From Atribacterota bacterium (GTDB lineage Bacteria > Atribacterota > Phoenicimicrobiia > Phoenicimicrobiales > Phoenicimicrobiaceae), in NCBI GenBank assembly GCA_038203565.1, contig JBBRDV010000033.1, positions 1-13,455 on the forward strand: DNA of 13,455 bases. The letters are read 5' to 3'. Every line of letters begins with the position of its first letter. Within the stretch, counting starts at the first letter, position 1. Positions 8,284-13,455 of the stretch are shown here, piece by piece. The notes below the pieces were generated by a model, which worked only from the letters and a program-made list of their open reading frames with translations, had not been told where the DNA came from and ran no database searches. The translations under genes and the position numbers were made by a program.

Positions 8284-8303
8284 ATGATATACAAGTATAT
8301 CAT
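8284..8303. promoter_or_regulatory. Perfect palindrome (operator or 5' hairpin)
   Basis: ATGATATAC-AA-GTATATCAT, a 9-2-9 dyad. Confidence 0.5.
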
Positions 8304-8325
8304 CTCATGTTGGTTAAAGTAGGGA

Positions 8326-8497
8326 GAAAGGAGGTGAAAAAAATTCTTGGACCTGCTTTAATTCAAATAAAGATGGTATAGAAAACCAGTTAGTAATCTA
8401 AAAAGAGAAGATATTAATGAGGAAACATTGGATACTCAATTAATAAATTCTCCTTAAAGGTAAAACTGACTGGAAATATAAAAAAATCCAAGGAGAA
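8326..8497 (+). promoter_or_regulatory. Structured 5' leader of ompM with upstream Shine-Dalgarno, 4-codon uORF and anti-SD segments
   Basis: GAAAGGAGGTGA at 8326-8337 and TTG GAC CTG CTT TAA at 8347-8361. Nested stems 8386-8394/8465-8473, 8405-8409/8448-8452 and 8412-8421/8435-8445. TTCTCCTT (8448-8455) is complementary to the RBS region AAGGAGAA (8490-8497). Confidence 0.55.
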
Positions 8498-8502
8498 AAA
8501 AA

Positions 8503-10143
8503 ATGAAAAAATTAGTATTAGTATTAGTATTAGTATTAGCTTTTGCACTTCCAGTACTTGCTAATCCTTTTGCAGACGTTCCTTTAAACCACTGGGCCTA
8601 TGATGCAGTCGACTACTTGGCCGCAAAGGGTGTTATCATAGGTTATCCTGACGGTACTTTTGGTGGCAATAGAATGTTGACTCGTTACGAATTTGCCGAA
8701 GCAATAGCCCGAGTGATGGCCTATGTTGAAGACATGGACTTTGCCTCCGCTGAAGATGTAGCCATATTAGAAAAATTGGCTATTGAATTTGCTGATGAAT
8801 TAGCCAGCTTGGGAGTAACTGTAGCTGATTTAGAAGCGGCTGTAGGTGCCAACTCTGCAGCTATTGCTGCCTTAGAAGCAAAAGTAGCTCGGTACGACTA
8901 CTTCTTTAGCCCAATTAAAATAACCGGTGAATTCAGAATACGATATAACCAAGTTATATTGCCTGCTATGGGCACTGCAACTCTAAGTGACAGGACAAGA
9001 CTATGGTTTGAAGCTGAAATTAATGAGACTACCAAAGCAGGTATTATGTTGCAAGTTACAGATGCACTATCCGGAGCAGCTGTTGTAACCTTTGACGAAC
9101 TCTGGGTTGATTTCGGAAGAGATGATCTTTCTATCTATGCAGGAGAAGTTTTACCAGATACTATAGGATTAGGTTTAATTAGCAACTACGAAGAAGACGA
9201 AGATGAATTTGATGGATTTTTAGCTACCTGGACTTGGGATAAAGAACATGATACTGATCTGGGCACCTGGACCCTATTTGGAGATGTATCAGATTACTAT
9301 GTCTTACATGTTGGTATGTCTCTTGGCGATGAAGATGATATTGCTCTTGGTGTAACTGCTTCTTATGATATGGCAGCTGGTGGTTTTGTTGGTGGTGCAG
9401 ATCTCGCATTTAGTCTGAGTGAGGACGATGACATAGGTTTAGCTATCGAAGGTGCAGCATTCTATGATACCGTATTATCCGCATTATCTTATGCTGCAGC
9501 AGCTAAGATTACAGCAGAGCTTGATGATCTTAGTTTAACCTTAAAAGCTTGGTATGTACTTCCTGGGTTTGTCCCAACTAAGAGCGATTTTACTGCTGAC
9601 AGATTAGGTGGATATGTTGAAGCAAAGTATCCTTTCACCGACCAAGTAACCGGAAAAGCTAGATTTACCTACGAAATGGATTCTGCCATGGTTCTTAATG
9701 TAACTTCCAAAGTAAGAGGAACTTTACTTTATGTTCCTGAAGATGCTGCTGCCGGCGAAAAAGCAGAACTTTATGCAGAGTATAACCTATTGACCGCTGC
9801 TGCTACCGGTTATCTTAAATACTTGAATTATCCATTGGCTGATGACTTTGTCTTAAGCGTACTTGGAAAATACACTTACCCAACCGCAGATTATGTTGGA
9901 GTGGCTACTTTAGTGTACGCTGTAGCTGATGATTTGGATCTTACAGTAGAAGGAAGAGTTGATAGCAATGGTGCTGCCTTCTGGAGTGCTGAAGCTCAAT
10001 TAGCTTATGCTTTAGCTACAAATACCACACTATCCATTGGCTTTGAGATGAACGATTGGGAAGATGATATCAATGATTATGACGCATTGAACATCCTTGA
10101 TACTCTTGGCACTTTAAAAGCAGAACTCAAGGTAAAATTCTAA
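8503..10143 (+). CDS. ompM: OmpM-type major outer membrane protein: signal peptide, single SLH domain, coiled-coil stalk, beta-barrel
   Basis: SLH domain FADVPLNHWAYDAV...GYPDGTFGGNRMLTRYEFA and stalk LEKLAIEFADELASLGVTVADLE...LEAKV. Amphipathic beta-strands end in LKAELKVKF (terminal Phe beta-signal). It has its own promoter and terminator. Confidence 0.88.
   Translation: MKKLVLVLVLVLAFALPVLANPFADVPLNHWAYDAVDYLAAKGVIIGYPDGTFGGNRMLTRYEFAEAIARVMAYVEDMDFASAEDVAILEKLAIEFADELASLGVTVADLEAAVGANSAAIAALEAKVARYDYFFSPIKITGEFRIRYNQVILPAMGTATLSDRTRLWFEAEINETTKAGIMLQVTDALSGAAVVTFDELWVDFGRDDLSIYAGEVLPDTIGLGLISNYEEDEDEFDGFLATWTWDKEHDTDLGTWTLFGDVSDYYVLHVGMSLGDEDDIALGVTASYDMAAGGFVGGADLAFSLSEDDDIGLAIEGAAFYDTVLSALSYAAAAKITAELDDLSLTLKAWYVLPGFVPTKSDFTADRLGGYVEAKYPFTDQVTGKARFTYEMDSAMVLNVTSKVRGTLLYVPEDAAAGEKAELYAEYNLLTAAATGYLKYLNYPLADDFVLSVLGKYTYPTADYVGVATLVYAVADDLDLTVEGRVDSNGAAFWSAEAQLAYALATNTTLSIGFEMNDWEDDINDYDALNILDTLGTLKAELKVKF
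8512..8539 (+). repeat. In-frame hexanucleotide microsatellite (TTAGTA)4+TTAG in the signal peptide
   Basis: The perfect repeat encodes LVLVLVLVL. Confidence 0.85.
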
Positions 10144-10165
10144 TTGTAATAGCTTAGTGAAATTC

Positions 10166-10205
10166 AAAAATAACCCCCGGAATTTTTCCGGGGGTTATTT
10201 TTTTT
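10166..10205 (+). terminator. Rho-independent terminator of ompM (possibly bidirectional)
   Basis: AAAAATAACCCCCGGAA-TTT-TTCCGGGGGTTATTTTTTTT: a GC-rich perfect stem followed by a T-tract. Confidence 0.93.
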
Positions 10206-10214
10206 GGAAAACAT

Positions 10215-10243
10215 TTGCGGAAATTAGAAAATAATATTATAAT
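10215..10243 (+). promoter_or_regulatory. sigma70-type promoter for the 10333 ORF
   Basis: TTGCGG (10215-10220), 17-nt spacer, TATAAT (10238-10243), directly after the terminator. Confidence 0.6.
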
Positions 10244-10256
10244 AAAATAGTCCTAC

Positions 10257-10281
10257 GGGCAGACACAAGGTCTGCCCCTAC
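10257..10281 (-). repeat. GTAG-type REP, copy 1
   Basis: The reverse complement reads GTAGGGGCAGACCTTGTGTCTGCCC, identical to 11404-11428. Confidence 0.9.
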
Positions 10282-10332
10282 GACTATTTGACAAATTCAC
10301 TAACGACTAATTTAAAAGGTAGGTGACTTTAA

Positions 10333-11265
10333 ATGATATTTAAAAAAGTATTTTCTCTTATTTTAATAACAACTTTTATCTTTACTTCAGTTTTAGCTCA
10401 ATTTTCCTGGGCTGCAGAGGTCTCTCAGGCGACCTTATTGCAGGATTTATCCCAGGTAGAAATAACTATCTATGGAACAACCTCGGAAAAACCTTTAGTC
10501 GGGCGGGTAGAAGATTTAGAAAAAGGATTAGTGGGTCGAACTCTCCCCGGAACAATTACTGACCGAGCGAAGCAATTAAAAGAGTTTGTAATTTCAGGAA
10601 CTCCTGAGGATCCTTCATTAATATTTAAAATTAATACTTCTCAATGGATATTAGAAGAAAAAATTACTTCTGATCCTTTAATTATAAGGGTAGAAAATTT
10701 AGAAAATGTGTTATTTGGTAAAACATCGGATGACGTTTTAGCTATGAGAGCAGAAAATATTTTTAGTGTTTGTTTTAAGGAGGGTAGACCGCAAGTAGAA
10801 GACGTGTTAATTCCTGCGGGAACTCTGGTACCCATTCGTTTTTTAAGTACCTTAAATTCTAAAATCAATAAAACAGGCGAAACATTTGATTTTCAAATAA
10901 GTGAAAATGTGTTCTTAGATAATAGATTGATTATCCCCGCTAATTCTAAAGGGATAGGCGAAATAACTAAAGCTAAGAAAGCTACCTTTTTATCTCGGCC
11001 AGGAAAGTTAGAGATAGAATTTAAATCAGTTTCAACCTTAGGCGGAACTTATCTTAGTTTGATATTAGGAGAAAAGGCTGAAGAAGAAAATAAGAGATTA
11101 TATCTGGCAGTAGGGGCAGGAATTTTAGGATTAATCATCTTGAGCAGTCCCGTGGGGCTAATTTTTGGGGCTCTGGTACCCGGCAAAAATGTAAAAATAG
11201 AAGAGGGAACCGAAATGTTCCTGCAGGTTAAAGAAGATATTACAGTAATAACCTTGGTACAGTAA
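10333..11265 (+). CDS. Secreted hypothetical protein: N-terminal helical repeats plus C-terminal TrbI/VirB10-like beta domain
   Basis: RBS AGGTAGGTGA and a signal peptide ending SWA-A. Repeated (L/V)E..(I/L).G......L..R motifs. IPAGTLVPIRFLSTLNSK...GETFDFQISENV...IIPANSKGIGEI...GKLEIEF resembles the TrbI/VirB10-like fold. A Gly-rich hydrophobic hairpin lies near the C-terminus. Confidence 0.6.
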   Translation: MIFKKVFSLILITTFIFTSVLAQFSWAAEVSQATLLQDLSQVEITIYGTTSEKPLVGRVEDLEKGLVGRTLPGTITDRAKQLKEFVISGTPEDPSLIFKINTSQWILEEKITSDPLIIRVENLENVLFGKTSDDVLAMRAENIFSVCFKEGRPQVEDVLIPAGTLVPIRFLSTLNSKINKTGETFDFQISENVFLDNRLIIPANSKGIGEITKAKKATFLSRPGKLEIEFKSVSTLGGTYLSLILGEKAEEENKRLYLAVGAGILGLIILSSPVGLIFGALVPGKNVKIEEGTEMFLQVKEDITVITLVQ

Positions 11266-11268
11266 AAC

Positions 11269-11314
11269 AGTATCAAGCAAGTATCAAGTATCGTGTATCG
11301 AGTATAGAGTAAGA
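11269..11314. repeat. Heptamer tandem array (AGTATCR)
   Basis: AGTATCA agca AGTATCA AGTATCG TGTATCG AGTATAG AGTAAGA. The unit AGTATCG is the reverse complement of CGATACT at 8062-8082. Confidence 0.82.
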
Positions 11315-11403
11315 GGAAATATAAGACAGAAGTGGAACCACAATTTATCATTCCCAAAGTAGGACAAATGACTTGCTTATAATGAAATAGTAATGTAAAA
11401 TAT

Positions 11404-11428
11404 GTAGGGGCAGACCTTGTGTCTGCCC
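11404..11428 (+). repeat. GTAG-type REP, copy 2
   Basis: GTAGGGGCAGACCTTGTGTCTGCCC, with hairpin GGGCAGAC/GTCTGCCC. Confidence 0.9.
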
Positions 11429-11446
11429 TTTGTAATTCTTTTATCC

Positions 11447-11486
11447 TAATCGGAAAATTGGGCAATTGGTCAATCGGGCAGTTATT
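11447..11486. repeat. Octamer tandem array (NAATYGGN)
   Basis: TAATCGGA AAATTGGG CAATTGGT CAATCGGG CAGTTATT, the same family as 6893-6964. Confidence 0.8.
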
Positions 11487-11503
11487 ACATTTATATATTG
11501 TTT

Positions 11504-12922
11504 TTAGTATTCCACGATAGTAAAAGTAGAATAATCAGGATAAATTTGAACATCCTGAGAAATCCTATAAGAAAAAACCCAATCTTGTACATAAAGATAT
11601 GCTTCCTGTAAACTGACTTTAGTATCCAGATTGCTATCTGCCGGGTAATTACCAGAATAACCACAACCCTCACACAGGGCTTTAGTAAATACTCCGAAAG
11701 GCTCACCTTCTTCTGGGTGTATTTCCGAACATTCCTGATAATAATGGCAGGAAGTTAAGACTTTGTATGCATTGGTGGTAAGCAATCCTTTATATTCGGT
11801 CTGAGAAAAAATATTGATAACCTCATTATTAAAAGATTCTAATTTTTCTTTAGTAATTATTATTTGCTCTAATGACTTTCCGATAAACCCACCGGAATAA
11901 CAGGAATCCAGAAAAACTACTTTAGTGCCTAAAATAGTGCTTAAGGCATTTTCTAATTCGTTTACACTGATGGCTGAACCTGTAAAAGAGGTCATATCAG
12001 CAGGACAAAGGTAAGAAGCTTTTTCCACTAGAGCACCATGCCCGCTAAAATAAAAATAAGAAATATCGTTACTGTCTGCGCCCGAAAAAGTAGAGGAAAT
12101 ACTCTGCAAAATATTTGACTTTGTCGCCTGCCAATCTTTTAGATAATTAATATCGGAAAATGTAATGTTTGAAGAACCGAATCTGCACTGGTTTAAAATT
12201 TGACGTATTCTGTCTACATCATAAGCTGGAGCTAATAAATCACCATCACTTCCATAATTAATATAATCACCCACCCCCACACAAAGAGCGCGGTATACTA
12301 CTTCATTTTGAGTAACTGTCCCGACTGTAATTTCTGCTGTTGTAGTTTTAGTTACTCCGTCTTCGGTATAAGATATCGTAACAATAGCAGATCCATCAGA
12401 TACAGCCGTAACGGTTCCGCTGTTGCTTACCGTAGCACAATCAGGATTACTTGAACTGTAATTACAGGCAGTAAGGTTTACATTCGCTGAGCTTGAGTTA
12501 GAATAATAGGCAGTAACTGAATCGAAGGTTTGTGATTCTCCTGCTGCAAGATTTATAGTAGTGGGGAAGACACCAATTCCGGTTAAAACAATTTTTAGTG
12601 CTGGCGGAATGATAGGAGTTAAAGCAATATTTAAATTGATAGTCCGATTTGCAATAACATTAATGGTAGAGGAATAGCTTAAATAATCTGCGTGAGCCAA
12701 AGTAAGAACATGGCTTCCAGCAGAAACATAGGGTAAAATAGAAGGAGTAAAGTAGCCTGTATCCATGCTATCTAAAAAGATTTTGGCTCCCGTAGGAATG
12801 GTGGTTATTTCGATAGAACCAAAAGTATAAACAGCAGGGTAATAATATCCGCAGCCAGAGGCTAAAAGTAAAACAGCAATTATGAGAATAAACAGTAGTA
12901 AATATTTCTTCTTTTCTAACAT
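11504..12922 (-). CDS. Lipoprotein with PEGA domain, Ig-like (Big_2) domain and peptidase C14 caspase-like domain
   Basis: Lipobox LASG-C. PEGA-like GSIEITTIPTGAKIFLD...TP...GSHVLTL and Big_2-like YSSSNPDCATVSNSGTVTAVSDGSAIVTISY. The caspase core YRALCVGVGDY...ATKSNIL...FYFSGHG...KVVFLDSCYSG has an intact His/Cys dyad, and p10-like GVFTKALCEG...SLQEAYLYV...QDVQ follows. Confidence 0.9.
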   Translation of the reverse strand: MLEKKKYLLLFILIIAVLLLASGCGYYYPAVYTFGSIEITTIPTGAKIFLDSMDTGYFTPSILPYVSAGSHVLTLAHADYLSYSSTINVIANRTINLNIALTPIIPPALKIVLTGIGVFPTTINLAAGESQTFDSVTAYYSNSSSANVNLTACNYSSSNPDCATVSNSGTVTAVSDGSAIVTISYTEDGVTKTTTAEITVGTVTQNEVVYRALCVGVGDYINYGSDGDLLAPAYDVDRIRQILNQCRFGSSNITFSDINYLKDWQATKSNILQSISSTFSGADSNDISYFYFSGHGALVEKASYLCPADMTSFTGSAISVNELENALSTILGTKVVFLDSCYSGGFIGKSLEQIIITKEKLESFNNEVINIFSQTEYKGLLTTNAYKVLTSCHYYQECSEIHPEEGEPFGVFTKALCEGCGYSGNYPADSNLDTKVSLQEAYLYVQDWVFSYRISQDVQIYPDYSTFTIVEY

Positions 12923-12966
12923 AATAAAAATATCCTTGTTGTTTTATTTTTTGCCTTTTCTATTTT

Positions 12967-13311
12967 TTAATAATTGTAATATACCTGAATATTTACATAA
13001 TTTGAGCCGGAGTGTATATCTTGAGTTTTTTGACCGGAATACCAATAGTCAACATCTTCAGCATAAAAAGTGCGGTAACCGGTAGGAACATTATAAAAAG
13101 CCTTTTGCCCATTTGCATCAGTTGTTCCTAAATAATTACTGTATGAATCTAAATAGATATCATAATACCAATAATTATCCATGATATTGATGTAAACAGT
13201 ACCCGTTTGACCGGTATCCGGTATAATGATCGTACATCCGGCAAATAATCCTAAGATTAAGATTATACTTACAATTAGAATACTCTTCTTAAATAGTGTA
13301 GATTCCTTCAT
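12967..13311 (-). CDS. Small lipoprotein with a PEGA-like beta-sandwich domain
   Basis: RBS AGAGGTGA, lipobox LFAG-C and the pattern TGTVYI...IYLD...YLGTTD.NG....NVPTG.RTF.A. It is co-oriented with, and 44 nt upstream of, the caspase gene. Confidence 0.75.
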   Translation of the reverse strand: MKESTLFKKSILIVSIILILGLFAGCTIIIPDTGQTGTVYINIMDNYWYYDIYLDSYSNYLGTTDANGQKAFYNVPTGYRTFYAEDVDYWYSGQKTQDIHSGSNYVNIQVYYNY

Positions 13312-13386
13312 TATATTTCACCTCTTTAATTTAATATTAAGAGAAATTAATTTACTATGTATTCATATTATAATGTATTATTTAAA

Positions 13387-13420
13387 ATTTGACAAGGATT
13401 TTAAAAATCCTCTTTTTTTT
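13387..13420 (-). promoter_or_regulatory. Possible sigmaH-like promoter containing a palindrome, upstream of the lipoprotein pair
   Basis: The - strand reads A8-GAGGATTT-N11-GTCAAAT and contains the dyad AGGATTTT-A-AAAATCCT (13395-13411). A - strand TATAAT also lies at 13450-13455. Confidence 0.4.
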
Positions 13421-13455
13421 AAAAATAAAATATTTTCGACTTCTATTTTATTATA

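Noticed and set aside
9224..9409. 61-aa His/Gln-rich - strand ORF
   Set aside because: Its composition is the reverse-complement by-product of GAT/GGT/GCT-rich ompM codons.
11332..11382. 16-codon GTG ORF (VEPQFIIPKVGQMTCL)
   Set aside because: It is very short, the SD-like AGAGGA is poorly spaced, and I recognise no similarity.
2931..11428. CRISPR array interpretation of the repeats
   Set aside because: There are no regularly spaced direct repeats with unique spacers and no cas genes. The repeats are inverted or have a 7-8 bp period.
10641..11706. 75-aa, 138-aa and 71-aa - strand ORFs
   Set aside because: They are antisense to the 310-aa gene, run through the REP and tandem repeats, or are out of frame within the caspase gene. 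None shows HUH or transposase motifs.
12882..13085. 67-aa + strand ORF
   Set aside because: It overlaps both lipoprotein genes on the opposite strand.

Overview
AT-rich chromosomal window from a diderm Terrabacteria-type bacterium. Gene content and style suggest Atribacterota/JS1 or a relative; this is inference. The + strand carries an outer-membrane biogenesis cluster: tamB-like AsmA protein (5'-truncated), 3-POTRA bamA, ompH/skp, fabZ, lptB and a DUF3084-like gene. Next come an SLH-domain porin (OmpM type) with a long, apparently structured 5' leader and a secreted protein with a VirB10/TrbI-like domain. Two lipoprotein genes converge from the - strand; one has PEGA, Ig-like and caspase (C14) domains. 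Four things stand out. (1) The cluster has none of the lpx, lptA, lptC or lptFG genes normally interleaved with fabZ and lptB. (2) Most + strand intergenic gaps contain GTAG-type REP hairpins, a 28-bp perfect inverted repeat, or degenerate 7-mer/8-mer tandem arrays. (3) Two identical 25-bp REPs bracket one gene in inverted orientation. (4) The ompM leader has an upstream perfect Shine-Dalgarno sequence, a 4-codon uORF and mutually exclusive stems that can cover the real RBS.
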